From positions 19 to 64,018 of the forward strand of contig CAILIB010000037.1 in the NCBI GenBank assembly GCA_903834195.1: 64,000 nt of DNA. The letters run 5' to 3'. The notes under the pieces are model-generated. The model worked only from the letters and a program-made list of their open reading frames with translations, did no database searches and was not told the DNA's origin. Numbering within the stretch: the first letter of the stretch is position 1; every line of letters begins with the position of its first letter. The translations under genes and the position numbers were made by a program. Positions 51,917 through 61,753 of the stretch are shown here, one piece after another. This DNA comes from an uncultured Candidatus Berkelbacteria bacterium (GTDB taxonomy: Bacteria; Patescibacteriota; UBA1384; CAILIB01).

Positions 51917-52354
51917 ATGAGAATTATATTTACTGCTACTGCCTTGTTCTTCGTCATTTTGAGTTCTGCCTTCGCGCAGGGCTCCGGAGGGCAGATGCAC
52001 CCTCTTACTCCATCAGAAATCGCCAAACTGAAGCTGCAGGAGAAAATCTATGCAGCCCAGTCAATGGTGGCTGAAGGAGTGGTCTGGAGCAATTCAGATC
52101 AAACTGCCTTCAAGCTGGTTAACCCTAAAACAGGAAAACCGGTTTCGCCGTTCATCGTTGTTATCCCCGACGGGATGAGCTACGATAAAAACCACTGCTG
52201 CAAACCATTTTTATATGATGCAGCGGCGAGCAAGGCATTCGCCAGGGCACCGCTCGCCAAAAAGAAGCTTAAGGTCTTTCAGACCTTCTGCCCAGGCAAT
52301 AAGCCGCCTAAGTTTATGTATTGGGTTACGGGGATAACAATCCACCACAAGTAA
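51917..52354 (+). CDS. Secreted hypothetical protein
   Basis: GGAGG SD before MRIIF; signal peptide ending SAFA; TTGACA..TGATAGAAT promoter. Confidence 0.7.
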   Translation: MRIIFTATALFFVILSSAFAQGSGGQMHPLTPSEIAKLKLQEKIYAAQSMVAEGVVWSNSDQTAFKLVNPKTGKPVSPFIVVIPDGMSYDKNHCCKPFLYDAAASKAFARAPLAKKKLKVFQTFCPGNKPPKFMYWVTGITIHHK

Positions 52355-52361
52355 CCCACCC

Positions 52362-52400
52362 AACGCCACCCAGAGTTTCTGCGGTGGCGTTCGTTTTTTT
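52362..52400 (+). terminator. Terminator between convergent genes
   Basis: AACGCCACC/GGTGGCGTT plus T tract. Confidence 0.7.
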
Positions 52401-55065
52401 AGAACATATATGCAACCACTGACTGAGTAGAAGGTATTATTCCGTATATTACCCCAGGAGTATAGGTAGTGGTTGTGTGGCTAGTTGTGCCAATGCGTTG
52501 AGTAGTAGTTGTTTTTGTACCTGGCTCGCCGATTGCCTCAGGACAGGCTGAAAGACTGTCAGCAGACCATACTGAGACAAAGTTGTTATACATCATTGCA
52601 GAACAGCTGGTTGAGTCTGTATTCATTGTAGATGTGTATACATATCCAGCAGAGTCTTCAATTGCTTCACTTCCACTTATTTGTTTGAGGAACGTAGTGG
52701 CAAATGGAGTGTACACCTTTGTTGATGTAGCCTGTGTAGTTTGATCGAGATGATTTACGAAAACATTATTTGATTTTATGCCCACGTTCCAGACAGAATC
52801 ATCATTCGATACTGGAAAATTACTAAATTTCCTTACTAAGTTTCCACTTAAATCATCGACTATAACTGATTGCTGGGCATCATTGGCAGTATTAATGTAC
52901 AAATTATTATTATGATCAATTCCAATTCCTGGATGACCTTGTGCAGCGTTAATGTTTGTCGAGCCGTTTAGGTGTCCTGTAACATCCCACCAATCGTACC
53001 CGTTGTGATTGTATTCAAGAATTGGATACATTCCAATTGTTGCTTGTGCTGCACCCCCGATATTCGGGTTGTCTCCTTCATAGGCAAATTTTGACATTAC
53101 AAATAGATTGCCTTGAGCGTCTAGTGAGAGACTATCTGGACAATAATTTGCCGTAACCGGCGTGCCTGTCCAAGCAGTTTGATTTAAAGTTACTGAGATG
53201 ATCGGGGTGGTATAGAGTTGCTTATAGGTATTTGTGTTTGTAACATGCTGAAATGCCTCAACAGAACATTCAGTTGGATTACCTTGGTCATCTTGTCTAT
53301 CAACTTGCCCCACGTACACTTTGCCAGAACTATCAGCAACAATTGCGGTTGGATAGAGCCCAGTAATAGGGAGTGCAACTGTTGGTGCAACCGTCATTTG
53401 AATAAGGGGATTAGCACCTTGTACAAGGGTAGCAGGTGAACTGAATCCACCGGCGATAACATGGGTACTTCCAGGTGTGGCATTAAGAAGTACTAATGTT
53501 CCAGTGGTATCAAAATTTGTATGATCTGAATTTGCACTAGAACCTGCTCGGGTTGTTCCTGAAACTTTTCCAATAGTAACTGGAACGTTTGGCAATTCAA
53601 TATTTTTTGGGTTACGTACATTAACTGTTACTACAGCAGAGTCCATAAACTTGCCGTACCAGATTTGATTGTACGTATATCCTGATGAAAGCGTGCCAGG
53701 GAAGTATTGTGACAAAATACTGGCGTTTGTCATGAAGTTGAATACGTACATTGCAGCATTCATTGCCTCAACTGTTGTTGGTTGCGAGCTTTGTCCCTGA
53801 TATACACACGTGTCTGAATCTTTATTTACTTTAGAATACGCATTCAAGTTTAGACATGACGCATATGTGAGATTATTTGCGAAGATTCCAGCTAAGGCAT
53901 TTGTAATATCGTACTCAGCATTTTGACGTGCGGTGAACTTATTTTTCAAACTAGGTGATGTTCCGTCAGGAGTATTGAGAGCAGAGAATACTTCAGCAAA
54001 CATTTCACCCTGATCTGAACTCCCGTATTTGGTCAGGAACTTTTCATTTGAAATAATTGAAGTTGCGTACACAAAGTCAGGTGAATGACTATCCATACAG
54101 TGGTAGTTTTTACTCGTGGTATCGAGTAGACAATCTCGGTCATACCCATATGCGATTTTGTTGGCTGCAGTATTTGCATGGTCTAACCCTTTTTCCCAAT
54201 CGACTAAGTGGCCGAATTCATGGGTAATAAGTTCTAGTCCAGCATAGCCCGGTATATTATCTGCTTGGATTGTGATTTCATGTCCACTTGTTGGAGTAAA
54301 TGCACCTGCACTACCGCCATCGGCACCTTTCTCAAGTATTTCTGGGACTATGTAAATTGAAGGTGTGAAGGGGAGATGAGAAGAAATAACGAGTGAATGA
54401 ATTTGAGCTGCATAATATGCGATATCTTCTCCATATCGGTTTTCATCGAAGATACTACTGTAATCTACAGGGTTTGTAGAAACACAGAACAGAACACCAT
54501 TTAACATTTCTCCTTTATAGTCACCTGTGTGATATCCATTACTCCCAAGATCATACATATATTTGCCGGTTTTTATCTTTCCCGGTTGTGTTCTACATTG
54601 GGCCGAAATAGGATCCAAAGTATCGGTTTCGCGAACATCAGCGGGAATTTGAGAAAGGATGATATTTGCCCCTGTTGCAATGAAATTTGCATTTACCGGC
54701 ACTTCATAGCCAGATTCTGTATACGGAGTGTTCCCGAATTGAGCAATTTGAACTGAAATTTGAGTGTAATCTGTGGTTGGTGAAGGGAGTGATGCAGCGT
54801 AATTTCCTTTGGCATCTGTTTTTACCTGTATGCTTTTGCCAAATGTTGGAGTAGTTACTTGAAGGTATACACTGGCATTTGGAACTGGCTTGTTTGTAAT
54901 ACTGTCAGTAAGTGTTCCTGAAACAGAAATATCCTGGCACCCTACGCAACTGGCTCCAGAAGAGTTGTGAAAGTAGTACGTTGCGGTTCCAGCAACTACA
55001 AGAAACGCCGCAACGAGATATGTCATCGTTCGGGTAATCTGAGTCTGAGAAAGTATTTTTCGCAT
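52399..55065 (-). CDS. Large secreted or anchored zinc metalloprotease (lethal-factor/PPEP-like zincin) with Ig-like and beta-propeller regions
   Basis: N-terminal TM; ITHEFGHLVD at 54208-54222; downstream YG.S..GEMFAEVF; DSSGKVYV and DAQGNLFV repeats. Confidence 0.75.
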   Translation of the reverse strand: MRKILSQTQITRTMTYLVAAFLVVAGTATYYFHNSSGASCVGCQDISVSGTLTDSITNKPVPNASVYLQVTTPTFGKSIQVKTDAKGNYAASLPSPTTDYTQISVQIAQFGNTPYTESGYEVPVNANFIATGANIILSQIPADVRETDTLDPISAQCRTQPGKIKTGKYMYDLGSNGYHTGDYKGEMLNGVLFCVSTNPVDYSSIFDENRYGEDIAYYAAQIHSLVISSHLPFTPSIYIVPEILEKGADGGSAGAFTPTSGHEITIQADNIPGYAGLELITHEFGHLVDWEKGLDHANTAANKIAYGYDRDCLLDTTSKNYHCMDSHSPDFVYATSIISNEKFLTKYGSSDQGEMFAEVFSALNTPDGTSPSLKNKFTARQNAEYDITNALAGIFANNLTYASCLNLNAYSKVNKDSDTCVYQGQSSQPTTVEAMNAAMYVFNFMTNASILSQYFPGTLSSGYTYNQIWYGKFMDSAVVTVNVRNPKNIELPNVPVTIGKVSGTTRAGSSANSDHTNFDTTGTLVLLNATPGSTHVIAGGFSSPATLVQGANPLIQMTVAPTVALPITGLYPTAIVADSSGKVYVGQVDRQDDQGNPTECSVEAFQHVTNTNTYKQLYTTPIISVTLNQTAWTGTPVTANYCPDSLSLDAQGNLFVMSKFAYEGDNPNIGGAAQATIGMYPILEYNHNGYDWWDVTGHLNGSTNINAAQGHPGIGIDHNNNLYINTANDAQQSVIVDDLSGNLVRKFSNFPVSNDDSVWNVGIKSNNVFVNHLDQTTQATSTKVYTPFATTFLKQISGSEAIEDSAGYVYTSTMNTDSTSCSAMMYNNFVSVWSADSLSACPEAIGEPGTKTTTTQRIGTTSHTTTTYTPGVIYGIIPSTQSVVAYMF

Positions 55066-55269
55066 CTTACGTATATATAAGGTTGTGCGTTTATTTTACC
55101 TCTTTTTTACTCGTTTAGGCGATATTAAATGAGGTTAACAAAAATAATTTTAATACGATTGATTGAATACGTAATGAATCCTTGAATACGTATGGGTAAA
55201 ATGGTATAAAGAATCTACTACTGAAGTACTGAAATGGTCCACTGTAGTTCTAAGACACTTAACCAATCC

Positions 55270-55375
55270 TTGCAGAGGAATTGGTATCGCTCCTGCCGCG
55301 TACCGTAAGGTACATCCGGTCCCGATACCTCCGAACTCTCCAAGAACCGCCCACACTTGGGCAGAAGGAGCATAC
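55270..55375 (+). promoter_or_regulatory. Structured rpsB leader (probable S2 autoregulatory element)
   Basis: GGTATCG/CGATACC stem enclosing GTACC-GTAA-GGTAC; GCCCA/TGGGC hairpin before the AAGGAG SD; position upstream of rpsB-tsf. Confidence 0.5.
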
Positions 55376-56158
55376 ATGCCACTTCCACAAATTCCGGACG
55401 TCCGGGAACTTATGCAGTCGGGTGTCCACTTTGGACACGCATCCGGCAAATGGCACCCAAAGATGGCGCCATACATCTTCGCAACACGCGATAAGTTGCA
55501 CATTATCGACCTCGAGAAGACTCGCCAACAGCTTGAGAAGGTTCTTCCTGAGCTTGAAAAGCGTGTTAAAGACGGCAAGATCGTTGTTCTCGTTGGTACC
55601 AAGAAGCAGGTTGCTGACCGTGTAAAAGAAATCGGTGAGAAACTCCATATTCCATACGTTAACGAGCGTTGGCTTGGTGGTACAATGACCAACTGGAATG
55701 AGATGCAGCTTTCTATCTCAAAGATGAAGAAGATGGAAACCTTCCTCGAATCTGAAGATGTTTCCAAGATGATCAAGAAAGAGCGTGTGCAAATGCAAAA
55801 CGACCTTCGTCGTATGCAGATCAAGTTTGGCGGTATGCGTGATCTAAACCGCAAGCCAGACGTAATGTTCGTTATCGACCCAGCCTACGAACACAACGCA
55901 ATCAAAGAAGCTCGTCACCAGGGTGTAGAACTCTTCGGACTTGTTGACACCAATACCAACCCAACTATGGTTGATTACGTAATCCCAACCAACGACGACG
56001 GTCCAAAAGCCCTCAAGTTGATGATGGATCTCGTAGAGGCAACTATTGCGTCTGGGTTAGAATCTCGTGGTCAAGCAGTAGAAAAGGCAGAAAAAGAGAA
56101 GGCTACAGCAACTGAAGAAACTAAAGTTAAAGAAGAAGTAGGTACTAAGGAGGACTAG
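55376..56158 (+). CDS. rpsB: 30S ribosomal protein S2
   Basis: GVHFGH, WHPKM, RWLGGTMTN and VDTN motifs. Confidence 0.98.
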   Translation: MPLPQIPDVRELMQSGVHFGHASGKWHPKMAPYIFATRDKLHIIDLEKTRQQLEKVLPELEKRVKDGKIVVLVGTKKQVADRVKEIGEKLHIPYVNERWLGGTMTNWNEMQLSISKMKKMETFLESEDVSKMIKKERVQMQNDLRRMQIKFGGMRDLNRKPDVMFVIDPAYEHNAIKEARHQGVELFGLVDTNTNPTMVDYVIPTNDDGPKALKLMMDLVEATIASGLESRGQAVEKAEKEKATATEETKVKEEVGTKED

Positions 56159-56643
56159 TGGCAAACTATACCATTCAAGACATTGCTGAGTTACGTGAAG
56201 TAACTGGAATGGGCCTTATGGATGTTAAAAAGGCTCTCGTAGAAGCAGATGGCGACAAGAAAAAGGCGCTTAATCTGCTCAAAGAGCGCGGTGCGCATAT
56301 CATGGCTAAGAAAGCCGATCGTCACGCTGCTGAAGGTGTTATTGAATCCTACGTTCACATTGGACGTATCGGTGTACTTGTTGAGGTAAACTGTGAAACC
56401 GACTTCGTTGCTCGCAGCGAGTCGTTTACAGAATTTGCCCACGACGTTGCATTGCAGATTGCTAGTATGGCTCCTGCATCCGTTGAGGAACTGCTTGAGC
56501 AGCCATTCATTAAAGACAGCAAGCTTTCAATCGGCCAGTACTTGGCAGATGTTACCGGAAAGTTGGGTGAGAAAATCGTGATTAGTCGCTACTCACGTCT
56601 CGTACTTGGTGAACTTGCCGGCGAAAAGCCAGTAGAGGACTAA
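56158..56643 (+). CDS. tsf: Elongation factor Ts (short form)
   Basis: LREVTGMGLMDVKKAL and EVNCETDFVA motifs. Confidence 0.96.
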   Translation: MANYTIQDIAELREVTGMGLMDVKKALVEADGDKKKALNLLKERGAHIMAKKADRHAAEGVIESYVHIGRIGVLVEVNCETDFVARSESFTEFAHDVALQIASMAPASVEELLEQPFIKDSKLSIGQYLADVTGKLGEKIVISRYSRLVLGELAGEKPVED

Positions 56644-56762
56644 ACCCTTTTTGCTAGTACACAATCGAGTAGTGCGATGTAGTTCGCCTACTCGATTGTG
56701 GTATAGTGTGTTCGTACATTGAAAGAACTGAGATATGAGAGAATTTTCTCTAGGAGGTTCGA

Positions 56763-56960
56763 ATGCTCGAAATGTTTTGCGTCCCTGGTGCAATTGCAAA
56801 CCCTTTCCCACTAGCTTCTCCGGTAAAACGTGATCCGGGAATACCAGTGCCTGATGTAAGTATTCCAGATGCAACTGATTGCCAGCACCTAGCCTGTTTC
56901 GGTATTGGCTGGGAAAAGCCTCCTCACCTTCGTGCTAAAGGTACGGGGTGGAAGCAGTAA
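56763..56960 (+). CDS. Small hypothetical protein (65 aa) between tsf and frr
   Basis: AGGAGG 5 nt before the ATG; TGG-TATAGT -10 at 56699-56707. Confidence 0.5.
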   Translation: MLEMFCVPGAIANPFPLASPVKRDPGIPVPDVSIPDATDCQHLACFGIGWEKPPHLRAKGTGWKQ

Positions 56961-57051
56961 CTCCATCAGGCTTTCACCTTTTCCCTCGGAGATCATGTGT
57001 ATACATGTATCTCCCTCTCATATCTCCGTTCTTACCAGTAGTAACATTTGT

Positions 57052-57609
57052 ATGGTTCAAGACCTGCTCAAACCTGCCAAGCCAAAAATGGAAACCGCTC
57101 TGCAACACTTTGTTGAAGAGTTAAAAACTGTACGTACAGGTCGTGCTAATGCCGCCATGCTTGATGGTGTCATGGTACTCTACTACGGTTCAATGGTGCC
57201 TCTGCGCCAAATGGCAACAATTGCCTCACCTGAACCAAGTCAGCTCCTTATTCAACCATTTGATGCAGCTGCGCTTCCGGATATCCGTAAGTCAATCGTT
57301 GATGCTGATCTCGGGTTTAACCCATCTGACGATGGTCGCTCACTTCGTATTGTAATTCCTGCACCAACTGCTGAGCGCCGCGAGGAGCTTGTTAAAAAAG
57401 TCGGGAAGATGGCTGAAGCTGCACGTATTTCTGTACGAAATATTCGAGCAGAAATTTGGGAGGCAATTCAAAAAGCTCAGAAAGAGTCGCTCATTTCGGA
57501 AGATAACCGAGATTGGGGTCGTGATGAAGTTGATAAAATTATCGCTGAATACAATAAAAAAATTGAGGAAGTGGTCAAAGAGAAAGAAGTAGAGATTCGT
57601 ACAATCTAA
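57052..57609 (+). CDS. frr: Ribosome recycling factor
   Basis: VRTGRAN, IQPFD, ERREELVK and RISVRNIR motifs. Start moved to MVQDL. Confidence 0.96.
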   Translation: MVQDLLKPAKPKMETALQHFVEELKTVRTGRANAAMLDGVMVLYYGSMVPLRQMATIASPEPSQLLIQPFDAAALPDIRKSIVDADLGFNPSDDGRSLRIVIPAPTAERREELVKKVGKMAEAARISVRNIRAEIWEAIQKAQKESLISEDNRDWGRDEVDKIIAEYNKKIEEVVKEKEVEIRTI

Positions 57610-57806
57610 TGTCCATTCTTGATTCCTCACTAGCGCCCGGCATATTCTTACTTGCCGGGTTTGCTGTGCTGGCTGGATTTTTTAGGAAGACCTTGCTGAG
57701 AACTGCTATAATCTTGCTGATAGAAATTATTTTCTTTGCACTATTCCCAGTTGCTCTGGTATCCTTTGTTCACTTGATCGTTACAATTCGTCAATCTCTC
57801 GGCTAA
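57609..57806 (+). CDS. Small 2-TM membrane protein
   Basis: TAATG coupling to both frr and the M50 protease gene. Confidence 0.65.
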   Translation: MSILDSSLAPGIFLLAGFAVLAGFFRKTLLRTAIILLIEIIFFALFPVALVSFVHLIVTIRQSLG

Positions 57807-58915
57807 TGCTTTCTACACTAATTACGCTCATCGCTTTCTTTCTTATTCTCGGAACACTCGTGTTTATTCACGAGCTGGGTCACTTTGCTGTAGCTAAGTG
57901 GACAGGGATGCGGGTTGATGAGTTTGCTCTCGGTTTTCCACCACGAATTTGGGGACGTAAGCGCGGTGAAACTATGTACGCCATAAACGCAATTCCATTT
58001 GGTGGGTACGTGAAGATTCATGGAGAGGCACCAACTAGTGCAGATAAGGATCCGCGCTCGTTTAATCAGGCAAAAATTTGGGCACGTATTGCAGTTATAA
58101 TCGCCGGTGTTGTCATGAACGCGCTGTTTGCGTTTATTATTTTAACGATTGCGTTCTCGATTGGTTTTGGTTCATATGCACAGGATCTGACCAAGATTCC
58201 AGGTGCAGTTGTAAAGCATAGTGATGTGGTTGCAATTGGTATTTTGGCAGACAGTCCCGCTGCTGCTGCACACATCGAAGCAGGGGATATCATTAAGAGT
58301 TTTACTGATCCAAAGACTGGTTCAGTAGTAGCTGTTCAATCTACGCAGGACATGGTTGCCTACACCAAGGCTGAGCAAACTGCAGGTGTTACCGATCTTA
58401 AGATTACGTATACGCGCGATGGTGTAGAAAATACTGTGCCAATTTCAATTGAGCAAACTGGAGCTCCACTTGGTATTAGTATTGGTGCTTCTCAACTGGT
58501 TCGTGTGCCGATTCTGCAAGCTCCTGGTGCTGCATTAAAAGAAATGCAGTTTATTGTTGAGTTAACCTGGGATGCGCTTAAGACGTTTGCACATAAATTA
58601 TTCTACAGTGCACAACTCGATAACACTGTTTCAGGTCCAGTTGGAATTTATCAGGCAACTGGTCAGGCAACGCAAGCTGGATGGGTGCCAACAATCTTCC
58701 TTGTAGTCGCGCTGTCACTTAATCTTGCCCTTTTGAATATTCTTCCTATCCCCGCCCTGGACGGCGGCAGACTTTTCTTTTTACTCATTGAACTTATTTT
58801 TGGCAAGAAGGCGGTGAATCACCGTCTCGAAGGTGCTGTAACCTTTGCTGGTTTTGTCATTGTCATGGGGTTGGTTGCAATCCTCAGTGTGCGCGATATT
58901 ATTCACCTGTTTTAA
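57806..58915 (+). CDS. rseP: RseP-like M50 intramembrane metalloprotease
   Basis: HELGH, PFGGYV and NILPIPALDGG motifs. Confidence 0.92.
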   Translation: MLSTLITLIAFFLILGTLVFIHELGHFAVAKWTGMRVDEFALGFPPRIWGRKRGETMYAINAIPFGGYVKIHGEAPTSADKDPRSFNQAKIWARIAVIIAGVVMNALFAFIILTIAFSIGFGSYAQDLTKIPGAVVKHSDVVAIGILADSPAAAAHIEAGDIIKSFTDPKTGSVVAVQSTQDMVAYTKAEQTAGVTDLKITYTRDGVENTVPISIEQTGAPLGISIGASQLVRVPILQAPGAALKEMQFIVELTWDALKTFAHKLFYSAQLDNTVSGPVGIYQATGQATQAGWVPTIFLVVALSLNLALLNILPIPALDGGRLFFLLIELIFGKKAVNHRLEGAVTFAGFVIVMGLVAILSVRDIIHLF

Positions 58916-58958
58916 TACAAAGAACGACTCGAACGGCAGGGCCAATTCGAGTCGCAGA

Positions 58959-59189
58959 CTAGGAAACCTGTTGTTGTGAAATTCGCCGTGCAAGGGCGAT
59001 TATAACGAATGCCGAGGCGGATGCGAGTATGCCGTAAAGGTTGCTGACTAGCACGAAGTGAGTCAGCATACCTACTAGGCTACTGCAGGTAACTACCTTT
59101 GAGATAGTACTGCCATGACCTTTTTCGATGTGGGAATTTACCCACAAGCAGCCCCCAACGAGGGAAACCGCTATAAATAATAAAAACAT
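58959..59189 (-). CDS. Small hydrophobic hypothetical protein
   Basis: AAGGAGGT SD upstream; TTGACA-like promoter; 76 aa. Confidence 0.55.
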   Translation of the reverse strand: MFLLFIAVSLVGGCLWVNSHIEKGHGSTISKVVTCSSLVGMLTHFVLVSNLYGILASASAFVIIALARRISQQQVS

Positions 59190-59296
59190 TTTTCCACCTC
59201 CTTGGGGAAAATCGTGGCTAAAGCATAACAGAAAATGCCCAAAATGTCAATCTGTTACCACCTTTAGCTCTACAATATTTACGCTATACTATACTC

Positions 59297-60541
59297 ATGA
59301 AACAATCACAATTATTTAGTTCAACGCGTCGTGAGGCGCCACACGAAGAAGAAAGTAAAAACGCCATTTTATTGGCACGCGGCGGGTACGTTGAAAAAAC
59401 TGCTGCTGGTGTCTTTTCCTATCTACCGCTCGGCGTGCGGGTAATTCAGAAAATCTGCGCCATTGTGCGCGAAGAAATGAACGCCCTGCCATACACACAG
59501 GAAATCTTGATGACTGCCCTGCAACCTAAAGAGCTTTGGGAAGAAACGAATCGTTGGGACGATCCAGGTGTGCGCGAAGTAATGTATCGGGTGGATGAAC
59601 TTGCTATGGGCTTGGCGCCAACCCATGAAGAAAATGCTGTAGACCTTTTCCGTAAAAACATCAGCTCACATAAGCAGCTTCCAGTTGCCGCATATCAAAT
59701 TCAAACCAAGTTCCGCAAAGAGGCTCGGGCAAAGTCAGGTCTACTTCGTGGCCGTGAATTTATGATGAAAGATTTGTACAGTTTTCATGTTAGCGAAGCC
59801 GATCTCGATGAATACTACGAGCAGGCGGCGATTGCGTACCAGAACGTCTACACACGCTGTGGGCTGAACGCGATTAGAACCGAAGCATCTGGCGGCATCT
59901 TTTCTAAAATTCACTCAGACGAATTTCAAGTAATTAACCCAGTAGGTGAAGACACAATTTACCTCAATGCTGAGGGCACACTGGCCTGGAATGAAGAAGT
60001 TGTAGATGGGCCAAATGACCCTCGTTTAATTGAATGGGGTGGGGGAGAAGTACGTCCTGCTAAAGCAACTGAAGTGGGAAATATTTTCCGCCAAGGCACT
60101 CGCTATACAGAGCCGATGAACGCTCAAGTAAATGGTGAGAATGGTGAGCGTCTTCCTGTGTTTATGGGTGCGTACGGTATTGGAATCTCCCGACTAATGG
60201 GTATCGTTGTTGAATTACTTGGCGATCTTCAGGGTAAAATCTACTGGCCGACAGCCCTGGCACCATTTAAAGTTCATCTCATTGACTTAGGGTCAGAAGG
60301 TAAAGCAGCTGAATTATATACTGAACTGAAAAAAGCCGGAGTTGAGGTGTTATTTGATGATCGAGAAAAGAGTGCGGGTGAAAAATTTGCTGATGCAGAC
60401 CTGGTGGGCTCTCCAATTCGAATCGTTCTCAGTAAGCGTTCGCTTGCAGCAGGTGGGGCAGAAGTTACCCTAAACTGGAGTGCAACTTCAACTTCAGAAG
60501 TGCTTCCTATTGAAAAAGTAGTTGCTCTCACTGTACGCTAG
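59297..60541 (+). CDS. proS: Prolyl-tRNA synthetase (no editing insertion)
   Basis: PTHEE, QIQTKFRKE..GLLRGREFMMKDLYSF and MGAYGIG motifs; anticodon-binding domain. Confidence 0.96.
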   Translation: MKQSQLFSSTRREAPHEEESKNAILLARGGYVEKTAAGVFSYLPLGVRVIQKICAIVREEMNALPYTQEILMTALQPKELWEETNRWDDPGVREVMYRVDELAMGLAPTHEENAVDLFRKNISSHKQLPVAAYQIQTKFRKEARAKSGLLRGREFMMKDLYSFHVSEADLDEYYEQAAIAYQNVYTRCGLNAIRTEASGGIFSKIHSDEFQVINPVGEDTIYLNAEGTLAWNEEVVDGPNDPRLIEWGGGEVRPAKATEVGNIFRQGTRYTEPMNAQVNGENGERLPVFMGAYGIGISRLMGIVVELLGDLQGKIYWPTALAPFKVHLIDLGSEGKAAELYTELKKAGVEVLFDDREKSAGEKFADADLVGSPIRIVLSKRSLAAGGAEVTLNWSATSTSEVLPIEKVVALTVR

Positions 60542-60604
60542 AGCTACAGGTTTTACTGAATGCGCACGGTGCGCAATTATCCAAGCGAATAAAGGGGTGG
60601 GCAC

Positions 60605-61753
60605 ATGGTAAAAATGAGCCGAATTACGGCAATTAGTCTTGTCTTAGTACTGTTGGCTGTAATGGTTGCGGTTTCTCGACGTCCGTATATGGTGTACGCG
60701 CGTACTTCGCAGAGTTGTGACATTCAAGTCTCAGCAAAAGGTACCTCGCACATTTCCCTATCATCTTCTACGGCAATTTCTCCCGGTGGAGCCTACGATG
60801 TAACGGTGAGTGTTGATGGAGTTTCCGAGCATTTTCAACATCTTCAATTAGGTTTTGAAGTTACCGCTGGTGCCAGTACTGTAAGTGGAATAACTGCTCC
60901 GGTAATTATTTCTCGTGTTATGGATACTGCGCAGCCTGAAGTAAAAATAGACGGTACTGCTCAAGCGGTTATTCACTGGACTGTACCTTCAGTTCTCTTT
61001 AGTGGTACGTATACCTTTACCCCTATTGTAATCGGTGACGGAGAACAGCTCAGTAGTACTACCGCTGCATCTGCAACGCTTGAGAGTAATACTCAAACCA
61101 CTGGTGCATACTTGGTAGGCTCCGACCCGGTTCGCACTGCCTTGGGGAGTGGACTTCCTGTAGCTGCTGATAGTTCGGCGCAGCAAATGTTGCAGTATAG
61201 TGTGCAAAATTCAACAGTACAGCCACAATCAGCCACTGTGCATTGGCGGTTATATGCTGGGCATCTCGATAGTCAACCACTGCTTAAGGATGATGTAACC
61301 TATAGTCAGTCTCTTCCAGTCGGAACAACGTTAACCCGACCATACTTCCTAGATACAAATAAAGTTGATCAAGGGTACTTGGAGGTTGAAGTAATTACTG
61401 CTGATACTGATACAATTCAAACACTTACACTACCAGGAAAAAGTGTTGCAGGATTACGACTTACAGCTCTTTCACAAAAGAGTAGTGGTATTGCTGGTGT
61501 TCGTTCAACAAATACCACACTTTGCTTTACTAATGGTGTGGTTGTTCCCAAAAATTCAATCGTGACGGTAATTCTTACCGATAATGCTCAAACGGTTCTT
61601 AATAAGAAAACATACAGTAGTGGTCAGTCGTTAGATACTCAGTATTCAATTACTGATATGGCACTTTCTAATGCATGGCCGTTGACTGTATCTGTTTCTG
61701 TGACAGCATCAGATCAAGAGGTCTTCCGAACTACTCGTAACTATCAGCCATAA
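60605..61753 (+). CDS. Secreted Ser/Thr/Val-rich beta-sandwich protein
   Basis: Signal-like N-terminus; beta-rich composition; TAATG coupling to the next gene. Confidence 0.7.
   Translation: MVKMSRITAISLVLVLLAVMVAVSRRPYMVYARTSQSCDIQVSAKGTSHISLSSSTAISPGGAYDVTVSVDGVSEHFQHLQLGFEVTAGASTVSGITAPVIISRVMDTAQPEVKIDGTAQAVIHWTVPSVLFSGTYTFTPIVIGDGEQLSSTTAASATLESNTQTTGAYLVGSDPVRTALGSGLPVAADSSAQQMLQYSVQNSTVQPQSATVHWRLYAGHLDSQPLLKDDVTYSQSLPVGTTLTRPYFLDTNKVDQGYLEVEVITADTDTIQTLTLPGKSVAGLRLTALSQKSSGIAGVRSTNTTLCFTNGVVVPKNSIVTVILTDNAQTVLNKKTYSSGQSLDTQYSITDMALSNAWPLTVSVSVTASDQEVFRTTRNYQP

Noticed and set aside
55150..55854. 234-aa antisense ORF over rpsB, and the many other short overlapping ORFs in the track
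   Set aside because: Shadow ORFs of well-supported genes with no independent coding signal.
58925..58954. Hairpin containing TTCGAGTC as a tRNA remnant
   Set aside because: No cloverleaf; best explained as a terminator-like stem between convergent genes.
56158..60541. Short EF-Ts and ProRS (and MiaA at 28066) as pseudogenes
   Set aside because: Frames and core motifs are intact; compact forms are expected in reduced genomes.
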